A DNA stretch of 64,000 nucleotides from an uncultured Gammaproteobacteria bacterium (GTDB lineage Bacteria; Patescibacteriota; Patescibacteriia; Patescibacteriales; GWE2-39-37). Below are positions 16,835-26,216 of this stretch, in pieces (position 1 is the first letter of the stretch; each line of letters starts with the position of its first letter). A program made the position numbers and the translations under genes. The stretch covers positions 68,031 to 132,030 of the forward strand of contig CAYUCS010000003.1 of NCBI GenBank assembly GCA_964443495.1, in the 5' to 3' direction. The notes beneath the pieces are model-generated. The model was not told the origin of the DNA, made no database searches, and saw only the letters and a program-made list of their open reading frames with translations.

Positions 16835-18280
16835 CTACTTTATAGCTAACTTTAGCGCTTTTTTATATAATTCTACGTACTGTTTTGCCGGTTTTAACCA
16901 AGAATAGTCCTGACACATGACAGTAGCTTGGCGCTCTTTCCATGCTAAAGGACTGGAGCAATATGCACGCATCGCCTTTTTTATGCTTTTCGACAATTCC
17001 TTAGCCTCATATTTCTCAAAAACAAAGCCCTTCCTGTTTGTAACGGTGTCAGCCAGGCCGCCCGTCTTGCGCACCAGGGGCAGGGTACCGTATCGCATGG
17101 CAATAAGCTGGCCCAGTCCGCAAGGTTCATACCTGGAAGGCATGAGAAAAACATCTGAGCCGGCATAAATCCGCTGAGCCAATTTAGCGTCAAAACCGAT
17201 TACTGCCTTGACCGTCTGGGGATATTTTTGTGACCAACTCCTCAACCGTTCCTCAACCTCTTTCTGGCCTGTGCCCAAAAAAATGAATTGCGCCTTGAAT
17301 TCGGCAATTTTCTCTTCAAGCAGATCCAGTCCTTTTTGACTGACTAAACGTGAAACCAAGCCGAAAACCGGCGTATCCGGCGATTCAGGCAGGCCTAATT
17401 CTTTTTGCAACTCCAGCTTATTTGCAAGTTTTTTATCAAGACAGGTGGCGTCGTAATTTTGCAGCAAGCAAGGGTCGGTGGCCGGATTGAAAAAGCTTGC
17501 ATCGATGCCGTTAACTACGCCGTAAAGGTCCGCTTGCCTTCGTTCAAGGATCTTTTCCAGGCCGGCACCCTGTTCGGAGGTCAAAATCTCTTTGGCGTAG
17601 GTCTTGCTAACAGTGTTGACTATATCCGCGCCCAGGATTCCCATGGCCATAAAATTGACATCTTTGCCATCAAGACATGACATGTCAACAATATTGTTGT
17701 TCGGCAATCGTAACTCAGACCGGCTATATTTTCCCTGATTGGCTAAATTATGGATAGTGTATACTGTTTTCGTGTCAGCAAAATATGAGCTTGCTTTTTT
17801 CTTTTCCTCCTCTAAAAATGCTAAAAGGGTAGCCGTGTGCCAATCGTTCAAATGGATTATTTGCGGCTTGAATCTGATCGCCTCCATCGACACTAATGCT
17901 GCTTGACCGAATAAGATGAATTTTTCCACTTCGGAAACCTTTAAATCCGTCCCGATTATCTGCTCATGAGAATAAATTTCTTGCCCGGAAAAAAATGGAT
18001 GCTCCAGCAGGCACAATTTGACCCTGCTGTCGGGCAGAGTTGTTTGCCAGACGGAAAGATTGAAACCGCCCCCCTGATCCACAGTCAAGTCTTTCGCCAA
18101 CAACTCTAGCTTCAAGGCACTCCTATCAATCGAACCGTAAAAGGGAATATACACTGTGACATCGATGCCGACATCAAGCAAGGTTTTTGGCAACGCTCCG
18201 ATAACGTCGCCCAAACCGCCAACTTTGGCAATAGGTGTCAACTCAGCGCCAAGAAGCGCTACGGATATTTTTTTAGGCAT
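16835..18280 (-). CDS. glgA: Glycogen/starch synthase (GT5, GlgA-like), copy 1
   Basis: N-terminal KVGGLGDV motif and C-terminal PSRYEPCGLGQLIAMRYGTLPLVRKTGGLADTV; 481 aa. Confidence 0.9.
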   Translation of the reverse strand: MPKKISVALLGAELTPIAKVGGLGDVIGALPKTLLDVGIDVTVYIPFYGSIDRSALKLELLAKDLTVDQGGGFNLSVWQTTLPDSRVKLCLLEHPFFSGQEIYSHEQIIGTDLKVSEVEKFILFGQAALVSMEAIRFKPQIIHLNDWHTATLLAFLEEEKKKASSYFADTKTVYTIHNLANQGKYSRSELRLPNNNIVDMSCLDGKDVNFMAMGILGADIVNTVSKTYAKEILTSEQGAGLEKILERRQADLYGVVNGIDASFFNPATDPCLLQNYDATCLDKKLANKLELQKELGLPESPDTPVFGLVSRLVSQKGLDLLEEKIAEFKAQFIFLGTGQKEVEERLRSWSQKYPQTVKAVIGFDAKLAQRIYAGSDVFLMPSRYEPCGLGQLIAMRYGTLPLVRKTGGLADTVTNRKGFVFEKYEAKELSKSIKKAMRAYCSSPLAWKERQATVMCQDYSWLKPAKQYVELYKKALKLAIK

Positions 18281-18289
18281 TGCTAATTT

Positions 18290-18868
18290 CTATTTTTTAA
18301 AAATCATCAGGTTCTTGCTTACCCACCAGACGACATCGGAACCAATCATTTCCTCTCTTATCATTTCCGTCGTCTTTTCGTCGTAAGCAAGCCCTCTTTG
18401 AGAAAATTTATCGATCCAATAATCATGCGGCTGCTCATTGATGTGGCCGATGCTTTCCGGCCCTTGCCCTGGCGTGGCAGCCGTGAACACCAAAATGTCT
18501 CCCAAAGAGCATAGGGTGTCAACTAGAACATCTGCAAACTCCTTTTCAAGGTGTTCGGCAACCTCGACGCATAAGACCAGGTCGAACCTCCGGTTAAGCG
18601 ACAGCGGGGTTGTCAGGTCATGAGCCTTTATCTTGGGTCCGACTAGCGAACCCTCAACCGCGGCCGGCGATCCGTCAAAGCCCTCAATATCTACCCCGTG
18701 CTGTTCGAATTCGCGCAGATAGATGCCAGCGCCACAGCCGATGTCGACCACTGATCCGGGGTTGAAATGCTTCACCAGGATATCAACGACCGCCTTTGCC
18801 GACGGCCCTTCGAACTTGATCGTGTTTTCAAAGAAACGCTTGTCGTAAATGTTAGTATTCACTGCCAT
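18290..18868 (-). CDS. Class I SAM-dependent methyltransferase
   Basis: Motif I VVDIGCGAGIYL and post-I/II motifs (FDLVLCVEVAEHL); 192 aa. Confidence 0.8.
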   Translation of the reverse strand: MAVNTNIYDKRFFENTIKFEGPSAKAVVDILVKHFNPGSVVDIGCGAGIYLREFEQHGVDIEGFDGSPAAVEGSLVGPKIKAHDLTTPLSLNRRFDLVLCVEVAEHLEKEFADVLVDTLCSLGDILVFTAATPGQGPESIGHINEQPHDYWIDKFSQRGLAYDEKTTEMIREEMIGSDVVWWVSKNLMIFKK

Positions 18869-18879
18869 CCGATACTTTC

Positions 18880-19749
18880 TTATTTGTTAATAATCTTACC
18901 GACCCCCTTGAGGTATTGGCCGTCAATCTTGAAATAATTCCAAGAGTTGGTCAACGATGCCGGATTGTCGCTTTCGAATCGATGAAAATCCGACCCGCCC
19001 GTCATTATCAATCCGTATTCTTCGGCCATGAACTGCGCATACATCATGGCGCCGATCGAATGGTGCGGCGACATCACCTCGATGCCGTCGATGCCCATCG
19101 CCTTCAAATCATGGATAATGGGCTGTTTCAATTGGTTGTATTTTCCCGGATGATTGAAGATAATTTCGCCCCCGATCCTTTTGCGCAATGCGAAAATCCG
19201 CTTGATGTTTATATAGCTATTGTCGAATTTTGGCAGCTTCGGGTTGTAAAAATAGTAACGTATTATCTCTTCTTCGCGCGGCTTCTTATTGCCCATATCC
19301 GCCTTGATTTTCTGGCGGTTGTGCGGCGTAGCCCAGATGTCATCGATCAAGTGGTTGATCGAGACATAATGGTTGTACTTGTCCAGCACTTTGTTTATGT
19401 CTATCTTAAATCCGTTCGCGACCATGTTTTCTAATATTTTGCGCGCGCGGCTGCGCCTCCTAGCTTGGCTATTGCGCAAAATCTCGTGCAATTCAGGATC
19501 AGCGTGGTCGAAGTTGAACCACAAAAGATTAAAATGCTTGTGGTTCAGCTTGGTGTAGAGCTCGATGCCGACTATCGGCTTGATGCGGTATTTCTTGCAG
19601 GCTCGCTGGAATTCCTCGACTCCGCCAACCGTGTTATGATCAGTCAGCGCCGCCACTTTGACTCCCTGGTTAGCCAAAAAGCCGGCCACTTCGGTCGGCG
19701 TCAAATATCCATCCGAGTACGTCGAATGGACTTGCAAATCGATCAACAT
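18880..19749 (-). CDS. PHP-domain phosphoesterase (TrpH/YciV-like)
   Basis: MLIDLQVHSTYSDGYLTPTEV...ALTDHNTVGG...GIELY...NHPG...GIEV...GGSDFH: the PHP metal-ligand motifs appear in order. Confidence 0.85.
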   Translation of the reverse strand: MLIDLQVHSTYSDGYLTPTEVAGFLANQGVKVAALTDHNTVGGVEEFQRACKKYRIKPIVGIELYTKLNHKHFNLLWFNFDHADPELHEILRNSQARRRSRARKILENMVANGFKIDINKVLDKYNHYVSINHLIDDIWATPHNRQKIKADMGNKKPREEEIIRYYFYNPKLPKFDNSYINIKRIFALRKRIGGEIIFNHPGKYNQLKQPIIHDLKAMGIDGIEVMSPHHSIGAMMYAQFMAEEYGLIMTGGSDFHRFESDNPASLTNSWNYFKIDGQYLKGVGKIINK

Positions 19750-19758
19750 ATTTTTGAT

Positions 19759-20784
19759 TTAGGAAATTATTTTCAAATTCTTGGCAACTTTGGCTATCAT
19801 CGGCTCTGCGCGCTCGGGTTGCGGATCGTGCTTCAAAAGGAAATAACTGGCCGTCCTGATCGTGGTCCAATTGTAATAGATATCCATCCTTGCTTGCAGG
19901 TCATCAGACATTTTCATTCCGCTCCGGCCAAGATAGCTCGACAAGAAGATGTCCATCGCCTTCTTGGCGAAACTGGGATCATCCATCTTCCTTTCGATCA
20001 TGAACTCCAACTGCTGTAAAAACGTTCCAAGATCTCTTGCCACGTCACCCAGCGACATGTCCGTGAAATCGACCACGCCGAGCCTGCCGTCATTCAATCG
20101 AATCACGTTTTCCGGATGAGCGTCTCCGTGGATCAATCTCAAGTGCCGACCCTCAGAAAAAATACGTTCTTCGCTTTCATTGAAGCGCTGGTAAAAAGCC
20201 TTATAGAGGTCGTAATTTGCGGGGCAGCGGTGCTGCACCTCCGATAATACGTGTTCTGCCCCCGGAAAAACGGTGGCGATGCGGCTATTCGGCTGCATGA
20301 AAAGCTTGTTTTTCCTGACTGGCAAAGCATGAAGCTTGGCAAACCATGAAGCGGTCAAGGGCAGCAGCCTTTCCACCTCGGCGTAATCATTATTCTTGAT
20401 GAAACTATACAGATTTACGCCGACCATGCCTTGATAGAACGCGGCATTGAATTTCTTGCTATAAAAAAGCGGCTTGGGTATCGTCAATTCTCCCTCGGCA
20501 AAATCACGCCCCCAAAGATAACTCAGCACGTCATAAACGATCTTGCGCGGTTCCGAACTGTGGGCAGAACAATAGATTTCAATAGCTTCGCTACGCCCAG
20601 AACTCATCGTCAGCGTCGCATCATACCTAAAAACGATATGGTAAGTCGTGTGCCAGATCATTTTTTTTACCGGACTTATCTTGTCCAGCCTGATGCTTGT
20701 TGCGCCTTCATACAAGGGCAACACTTTCTTTTCAAACAGCTTTTGCACATATCCTTCTTCCAACAAACGCAAAATTACATTCAT
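19759..20784 (-). CDS. APH/choline-kinase-fold phosphotransferase (substrate unknown)
   Basis: The ATG at 20784 (MNVILRLL...) removes the 37-nt overlap with the upstream gene. Catalytic loop LIHGDAHPENVI and DFTD metal-binding motif are present. Confidence 0.8.
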   Translation of the reverse strand: MNVILRLLEEGYVQKLFEKKVLPLYEGATSIRLDKISPVKKMIWHTTYHIVFRYDATLTMSSGRSEAIEIYCSAHSSEPRKIVYDVLSYLWGRDFAEGELTIPKPLFYSKKFNAAFYQGMVGVNLYSFIKNNDYAEVERLLPLTASWFAKLHALPVRKNKLFMQPNSRIATVFPGAEHVLSEVQHRCPANYDLYKAFYQRFNESEERIFSEGRHLRLIHGDAHPENVIRLNDGRLGVVDFTDMSLGDVARDLGTFLQQLEFMIERKMDDPSFAKKAMDIFLSSYLGRSGMKMSDDLQARMDIYYNWTTIRTASYFLLKHDPQPERAEPMIAKVAKNLKIIS

Positions 20785-20789
20785 ATTGA

Positions 20790-21950
20790 TTATTTGGCTA
20801 TTTTCTTTTTCCAATGGCGAGTCCAAATGTCCTTTCTGATTCTTTGCGCCAGTTTTTCTGCCTCAATCTTGGTACTCAAGTCGGTCGAGCTCTCTAACGC
20901 ACGAATCGAGCGAAGAAGCTCATTAATTCCTTTTTCAACCTCATCAGGACTCCAGGCGACTGGTCCATAAACCTTGCGGAAATCATGGGAAGAGGCCCAC
21001 CACCAAACGCAGCTAGCCAGGCCACGAACCAGATGCCAACGTGACCACCAAATATTCTTGTCAGCAGCATGCTTGCGGTTCAAGTCTTGTGCGAGATTGG
21101 CTAATTGCCAAAGATCTCGATGCAGCTTGTTCTTCGGGTCGCTCCACAACTTATAAGGATTGTTATTTAAAATTTCCTTCTTGGTTGATTGCCACGATGA
21201 TGGATGAAGCACGACTGACTCTGCGTTTTGTCGGCTGCTGACAAACTCTGAACCCGTCAACGTGCTTACATTTGGCAATTTCAAAACTTGTTCGAATTCC
21301 GCCAAAGGATCCAGGTGGCGCAAACCATATAGCTCCGCATCCGAAGCCGAAACGATCGTGTGGCTATGATCGGGACGCGCAGCCAGCTTCAACAAGGTGG
21401 AGGGCACATAGCTTTCAGAATAATTCCTGGCGCGAAACACGATTTTCAGGCCGCTAACCTGATCGATATACGCCTTACTCCAATCGACTTTGGCTTCAGA
21501 CAAGCTCGTCTCATCCAAAACCAACCATTCGTAACCTAATCGCTTGATTAGCTTAGCTACCTCGGGTGAATATGCCAATTCGGGCAGAAAAAATCCCTTC
21601 AAGGAGATCTCTCCGAAATATTTGCGCAAAATTTCAGATTGATCGATGATTTGAGCTTCAGCTTCCTCAATTGAAACTAGAGGCAGTAATGCATGATAAG
21701 CGGCGCTGCCCAGAAACTCAATCTGTCCGCGCCCAACCAATGTCCTAATTCGGGAAATCAGGTCGTCGTAATGAAACTCTTCGTCCCAACGCTTAACTAA
21801 GCATCCGGCGATGTTCAGAGTCATTTTTACTTCCGGATGCTGTTCAAGCGCCCGTACGATCCTTTCATAGCTTTGCTGCGTCGCCTCAACAACTTTAGCC
21901 GACTCAAGATTGGCCGGCTGATACAGATGCAGTATATTTATCCATTCCAT
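20790..21950 (-). CDS. Glycoside hydrolase family 57 protein (alpha-glucan branching/transferase-type)
   Basis: LHLYQP N-terminal motif, nucleophile region GFFLPELAYSPE and acid/base region ASDAELYGLRH. Confidence 0.8.
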   Translation of the reverse strand: MEWINILHLYQPANLESAKVVEATQQSYERIVRALEQHPEVKMTLNIAGCLVKRWDEEFHYDDLISRIRTLVGRGQIEFLGSAAYHALLPLVSIEEAEAQIIDQSEILRKYFGEISLKGFFLPELAYSPEVAKLIKRLGYEWLVLDETSLSEAKVDWSKAYIDQVSGLKIVFRARNYSESYVPSTLLKLAARPDHSHTIVSASDAELYGLRHLDPLAEFEQVLKLPNVSTLTGSEFVSSRQNAESVVLHPSSWQSTKKEILNNNPYKLWSDPKNKLHRDLWQLANLAQDLNRKHAADKNIWWSRWHLVRGLASCVWWWASSHDFRKVYGPVAWSPDEVEKGINELLRSIRALESSTDLSTKIEAEKLAQRIRKDIWTRHWKKKIAK

Positions 21951-21959
21951 GATTTGAAT

Positions 21960-23435
21960 TTATTTTTTACCGTTCAAGGTTAGCGCCTTTTTGTATAGCG
22001 CAATGTATTTTTTCGCCGGAAGCTCCCAGCTGTTCGATTCTTTCATCGCCCTGACCACCAGGTTTCTCCAAGAATCTTTATGTCGATAATTCTCCAAGGC
22101 GCGCACGATGGTGGCGAACAGAGAAAACTGATTGAAATTTGAAAAACTGAAGCCGGTTCCTCGTCCGGTGCGCGGATTGAAGTTGGTTACCGTATCATGC
22201 AAGCCGCCAACCCTTCTAACTACAGGTATGCAACCATACCGCATAGCGATAAGCTGGTTGATACCGCAAGGCTCATGGTGCGAAGGCAACAAAAAGATAT
22301 CGGAAGCGGCATAGACCATGGTCTCTAGCTGTTTGTTGCCAGAAAACGGAATCCAAACTAATTTTTTAGGATGCTTTTTCTGCTGTTTCTTCAATTCACT
22401 GATATACTTCTTGTCTCCATCGCCCATGATCACGATCTGGACATCGAGGCCGGTTAATGGCTCAAGCAAAGGCAAAACCAACTCAAAGCCCTTTTGAAAC
22501 GTCACACGTGAAGTCAAGCTGATCAATGGAATGTCGCGGTCAACCGGCAGGCCAAGCTTCTTTTGCAGATGTTCTTTGTTCAGCTTTTTACGATGAATCT
22601 TACGATAATCGTAGTTCTTGAACAAGAATTTGTCGTTTGAAGGGTTGTACGTGCGATAATCAATGCCATTGATAATGCCAAATAAACGATCTTGCCGGTG
22701 GCGTAAAATGCGGTGCAAATCTTGACCGAATTTTCTTGTCATAATCTCTTCTCGATATTGCTCACTTACCGTATTGATAACATCAGCCGACAAGATGCCC
22801 CTCTTGGCCAGATTGACGTATTCAAAATCCGGATTATTGATATCGGGCAACGCTTTTTTGCCATAATCCTTTTTTGCCAAAGGAACTTCCCACCAATTCC
22901 TGCCTAGCTGAAAGACGAGGTTATGGATAGTATACACCGTCTTAGCTTTGCTTAGGACTTTGGAATATCGGAAATCGTTCTTTAATAAAAACGGGATCAG
23001 TCCGGTCTGCCAATCATGGCAATGGATGATGTCAGCCTCAAAGCGAATCAACGAAATCAACTTCAGGGCAGCGGCGTCAAAAACCATAAAACGAGCATTT
23101 TCGTGGTCTGATCCATAAAGTGCCTTGCGCTGCGAAAAATATTTTTTCTGCTCAACGAAATAAACAGGCAGCCCTTTCATAAGATAGGCCTGCCAATAAT
23201 TAACCAAGACATACTCGGTCGAATTCAAATAAACCTTAACATCGCGATGCACTAGCTTCAGTCCATGCTCCTTCGCATCGATTGCTTTAGCATAATACGG
23301 CATGATTATTATGACATCATGCCCTAGGCGCTTCAGGGCTTTTGGCAAGCTACGCGCCACATCGGCCAGGCCTCCGGTCTTGGCAAAGGGAGCGACTTCG
23401 CTTGATATGCTGGCAATCTTCAGTTTTTTTATCAT
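21960..23435 (-). CDS. Glycogen/starch synthase (GT5, GlgA-like), copy 2
   Basis: KTGGLADV motif and PSHHEPCGINQLIAMRYGCIPVVRRVGGLHDTV; 491 aa. It has a 4-nt overlap with ruvC. Confidence 0.9.
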   Translation of the reverse strand: MIKKLKIASISSEVAPFAKTGGLADVARSLPKALKRLGHDVIIIMPYYAKAIDAKEHGLKLVHRDVKVYLNSTEYVLVNYWQAYLMKGLPVYFVEQKKYFSQRKALYGSDHENARFMVFDAAALKLISLIRFEADIIHCHDWQTGLIPFLLKNDFRYSKVLSKAKTVYTIHNLVFQLGRNWWEVPLAKKDYGKKALPDINNPDFEYVNLAKRGILSADVINTVSEQYREEIMTRKFGQDLHRILRHRQDRLFGIINGIDYRTYNPSNDKFLFKNYDYRKIHRKKLNKEHLQKKLGLPVDRDIPLISLTSRVTFQKGFELVLPLLEPLTGLDVQIVIMGDGDKKYISELKKQQKKHPKKLVWIPFSGNKQLETMVYAASDIFLLPSHHEPCGINQLIAMRYGCIPVVRRVGGLHDTVTNFNPRTGRGTGFSFSNFNQFSLFATIVRALENYRHKDSWRNLVVRAMKESNSWELPAKKYIALYKKALTLNGKK

Positions 23436-23932
23436 ATAGTCTTTTGCAGTTTTTCGTTAGCAGCGCAAATGGCAATCGCCAGGGCATCAGCCGCGTCATC
23501 CGGCTTAGGAATTTCGGTTAACTGCAAAAGCAGCTTCACCATCCGTTGCACCTGGGCCTTGTCCGCCTTGCCATAAGCCGAAACGGCTTGTTTGACCTGA
23601 AGAGGAGTGAATTCGTATGTTGGAACCTTTTTCTGGCTCAAGGCCAGCAAGGCTACTCCTCGTGCCTGACCGACAACGATAGCGGTCTTGGCATTATTAC
23701 AGAAAAACAATTGCTCAATAGCAGCGATATCCGGCTTGTATGTCGCAATAACGCCCTCAAGCTGGTTGTGCAACTCACTTAGCCGAACGCTCAGTGCCGA
23801 TGTTGCCTTCGTACGCAAAGATTCATAATGCAGGCACGATAGCTTGCCACCTTCAACCTCGATTATGCCAACACCAGTGTCGGCAATGCCTGGGTCGATG
23901 CCCAAGATAATTTTCTTCTTGTTTGTAGCCAC
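23432..23932 (-). CDS. ruvC: Crossover junction endodeoxyribonuclease RuvC
   Basis: ILGIDPGIADTGVGII...AIEQLFF...DAADALAIAIC; 166 aa. Confidence 0.95.
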   Translation of the reverse strand: MATNKKKIILGIDPGIADTGVGIIEVEGGKLSCLHYESLRTKATSALSVRLSELHNQLEGVIATYKPDIAAIEQLFFCNNAKTAIVVGQARGVALLALSQKKVPTYEFTPLQVKQAVSAYGKADKAQVQRMVKLLLQLTEIPKPDDAADALAIAICAANEKLQKTI

Positions 23933-23953
23933 TTGTTTAAAGACGGCTCAAAA

Positions 23954-24676
23954 TTAGAAATTGCTCAAATTGTGATAGTAGTCTGCCACGTCGTCGTTGT
24001 CTTCCAAGTCCTCGACAAACTTTTCGATAGCCGGCAAATCCTCATCATCAAGTTCTTGAGCCTCTTTCGGCACATACTCGATTTGCACCGAGTCGGCATC
24101 GATCTTTTCGTTATCCAGCCATTCCTTCATTTTTTGCAAATCAGATACGGCCACGATAATAGTCATTCCCTCATCAGCCTTGATAATATCTTCAGCCCCC
24201 GCATCAATCAGTTGCAGCTCCAACTCGTCCCAATCGCGGTCACCGATCTTCTCCTCACTCACCCGCAATACTCCTTTTTGGCCGAAGTTCCAGGCTACGG
24301 TACCCATTGAGCCGCCATGCTTGGAAAAAATATGCCGCATTTCTGACGCGGTGCGGTTTTTGCTATTGGTCAGGCACTTGACGATAAACTGGACCCGGGC
24401 TGGACCAACGCCTTCGTAATATAGTTCTTCAATGCTTTCGCCGGCCAGCTCGCCAGTACCGCGCTTAATCGCTCTTTCAATATTGTCCTTGGGCATATTG
24501 GCATCACGCGCCTTATCTATAGCTACGCGCAGGGCGAAGTTGGTTGTCGGGTCGCCACCCTTGTCGCGGGCCGCAATAGTAATCAAATTGGCAACCTTAG
24601 TGAAGATTGAGCTGCGCTTGGCATCGGTAACGGCTTTTGCCCGTTTGGTTGTGGCCCACTTGCTGTGTCCTGACAT
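23954..24676 (-). CDS. yebC: YebC/PmpR family DNA-binding regulator
   Basis: Start taken at ATG 24676 (MSGHSKWATTKRAKAVTDAKR...); the rest is a full-length YebC pattern. Confidence 0.95.
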   Translation of the reverse strand: MSGHSKWATTKRAKAVTDAKRSSIFTKVANLITIAARDKGGDPTTNFALRVAIDKARDANMPKDNIERAIKRGTGELAGESIEELYYEGVGPARVQFIVKCLTNSKNRTASEMRHIFSKHGGSMGTVAWNFGQKGVLRVSEEKIGDRDWDELELQLIDAGAEDIIKADEGMTIIVAVSDLQKMKEWLDNEKIDADSVQIEYVPKEAQELDDEDLPAIEKFVEDLEDNDDVADYYHNLSNF

Positions 24677-24837
24677 ATTCGTTTGATTAGAGTGATAAAA
24701 ATAAAGCAGGCAAACGGCCTGATTATTGATTATTGTACCATATAAAACAGCAAAAATCAAGGTCAATTCCCCATAAACTATGTTTCAATTCCGTTTCAAA
24801 TGATATAATAATTCCATCTTAACAATTAATCTACGCT

Positions 24838-25911
24838 ATGTTAGATGATTTGAACCGCATAAAGAAATTCGACACCGGCAAAGTTGCCGAGTCCATGAGC
24901 TCGTTGCCACAGCAGATGGCCCAAGTACTTAAGGAGTCCAAGACCATCAAGGTCCCGGCTGAATACAAAAAAATCAACCAGGTGGTCATCAAGGGCATGG
25001 GCGGATCCAACTTGGGCGCGCACATCATCATGCACGCCATGGCCGACCAAATCAAGGTGCCTTTCAGCATCTCGCCCGATTACACACTGCCGGCGCACGT
25101 TAACAACAAGACTCTTCTGGTCTTATCATCTTACTCCGGCACCACCGAAGAGGTGCTCAGCGTTTACACTGAAGCCAAGAAGCGTCAAGCCAAAATCGTG
25201 GCCATCGTCTCCCAGGGCAAAAGCGATTTGGAAAAAATCATCAAACGCGACAAGCTGCCAGCTTATATCTTCAAGCCAGAAGCCAACCCTTCGAACCAGC
25301 CGCGCCTAGGTCTTGGCTACTCGATCCTGGGCATTGCCAGCCTCCTTGCCGCTGCCGGGTTATTCAAGCTCGAGTCTGACGCTTTGAACAAGATCATTTC
25401 TTCGCTCGAGCAGTGGGACAAAAATCTTAATCCGCTCTCACCAACTAAAAACAACGAAGCCAAACGCTTGGCTCTCGGCGCTTTCAAAAAGCAGCCGATC
25501 CTGGTCGGTGCCGAGTTTCTGACCGGCAACCTCCATGCCATGCGCAATCAGATCTGCGAAAACAGCAAGAACTTCGCCTCCTATCTGCCGCTGCCAGACC
25601 TGAACCACTTCGCCATGGAGGGCTTGGCTAACCCGAACAGCAATTCAAGCGACTTGGCTTTTATATTTTTCAATTCATCACTTTATTCTGCCCGCATCCA
25701 AAAGCGTGCCCGACTGACAAATGAAGTAGTAAAGAAAAACAAGATCAGCACGCTAGAATACGTCATGAAAGGCGAAACCAAACTAGAACAAGCTTTCGAG
25801 CTTTTACAGCTCGGCGCCTGGTTCAGTCTTTACCTAGGCATCCTTAACCAGGTCAACCCGGTCGAAATCAAATGGGTTGATTGGTTTAAGCAAAAATTAG
25901 CCGAAAACTAG
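24838..25911 (+). CDS. pgi: Bifunctional phosphoglucose/phosphomannose isomerase (SIS-domain, archaeal-type PGI/PMI)
   Basis: Two SIS-like halves (VVIKGMGGSNLGAH..., LVLSSYSGTTEE); 357 aa. Confidence 0.8.
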   Translation: MLDDLNRIKKFDTGKVAESMSSLPQQMAQVLKESKTIKVPAEYKKINQVVIKGMGGSNLGAHIIMHAMADQIKVPFSISPDYTLPAHVNNKTLLVLSSYSGTTEEVLSVYTEAKKRQAKIVAIVSQGKSDLEKIIKRDKLPAYIFKPEANPSNQPRLGLGYSILGIASLLAAAGLFKLESDALNKIISSLEQWDKNLNPLSPTKNNEAKRLALGAFKKQPILVGAEFLTGNLHAMRNQICENSKNFASYLPLPDLNHFAMEGLANPNSNSSDLAFIFFNSSLYSARIQKRARLTNEVVKKNKISTLEYVMKGETKLEQAFELLQLGAWFSLYLGILNQVNPVEIKWVDWFKQKLAEN

Positions 25912-25913
25912 AT

Positions 25914-25964
25914 GTCAACAAACCAAAAACGCCCCATCTTAGGGGGCGTTTTTGGTTTGTTGAC
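25914..25964. terminator. 22-bp perfect hairpin terminator after pgi
   Basis: GTCAACAAACCAAAAACGCCCC-loop-GGGGCGTTTTTGGTTTGTTGAC, starting 3 nt after the pgi stop codon. Confidence 0.8.
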
Positions 25965-25988
25965 AATATTATGCATTTGTTTTATATT
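25960..25988 (+). promoter_or_regulatory. Candidate promoter of tRNA-Glu
   Basis: TTGACA (25960-25965, partly within the right arm of the hairpin), 17 nt, TATATT (25983-25988). Confidence 0.5.
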
Positions 25989-26034
25989 GTTAACAGTCAA
26001 AAACGCCCTTTACGGGGATTTTTTATTTATTCGA

Positions 26035-26106
26035 GGCGCTATCGTCTAGTGGTTAGGACACCAGGTTTTCATCCTGGTAACCGGGGTTCGATTCCCCGTA
26101 GCGCTA
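26035..26106 (+). tRNA. tRNA-Glu (anticodon UUC); CCA not encoded
   Basis: Manual cloverleaf. Acceptor GGCGCTA/TAGCGCT (G1:U72). D stem GTCT/GGAC. Anticodon arm CCAGG-TTTTCAT-CCTGG. T arm CGGGG-TTCGATT-CCCCG. Discriminator A. Confidence 0.9.
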
Positions 26107-26216
26107 CAATTAATTTTTGGTACTCCAAAAAATGATTGTGGGGCTACGGGGCGGCAAAGAACCCTGAGTACGGCGTGGGGCTTCCGCCCCTTCGATTCCC
26201 CGTAGCGCTACAATTA
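26087..26216 (+). repeat. 26-nt perfect direct repeat of the tRNA-Glu T-loop-to-3-prime end (copies at 26087-26112 and 26191-26216)
   Basis: TTCGATTCCCCGTAGCGCTACAATTA occurs twice, 104 nt apart. Each copy is followed by a hairpin with the same loop context: TTTTTGG-tact-CCAAAAA and TCCTGG-cact-CCAGGA. Confidence 0.85.

Noticed and set aside
18916-20019. 172-aa and 184-aa plus-strand ORFs opposite the PHP and kinase genes.
   Set aside because: They are antisense to genes with clear catalytic motifs. One spans the intergenic junction, which is inconsistent with a real gene.
26138-26209. Possible second tRNA using the duplicated T-loop/acceptor 3-prime strand.
   Set aside because: No complementary 5-prime acceptor strand is present without a mismatch at 3:70. 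The T stem cannot form (GCCCC versus CCCCG). There is no 7-nt anticodon loop; the central hairpin has a 4-nt loop.
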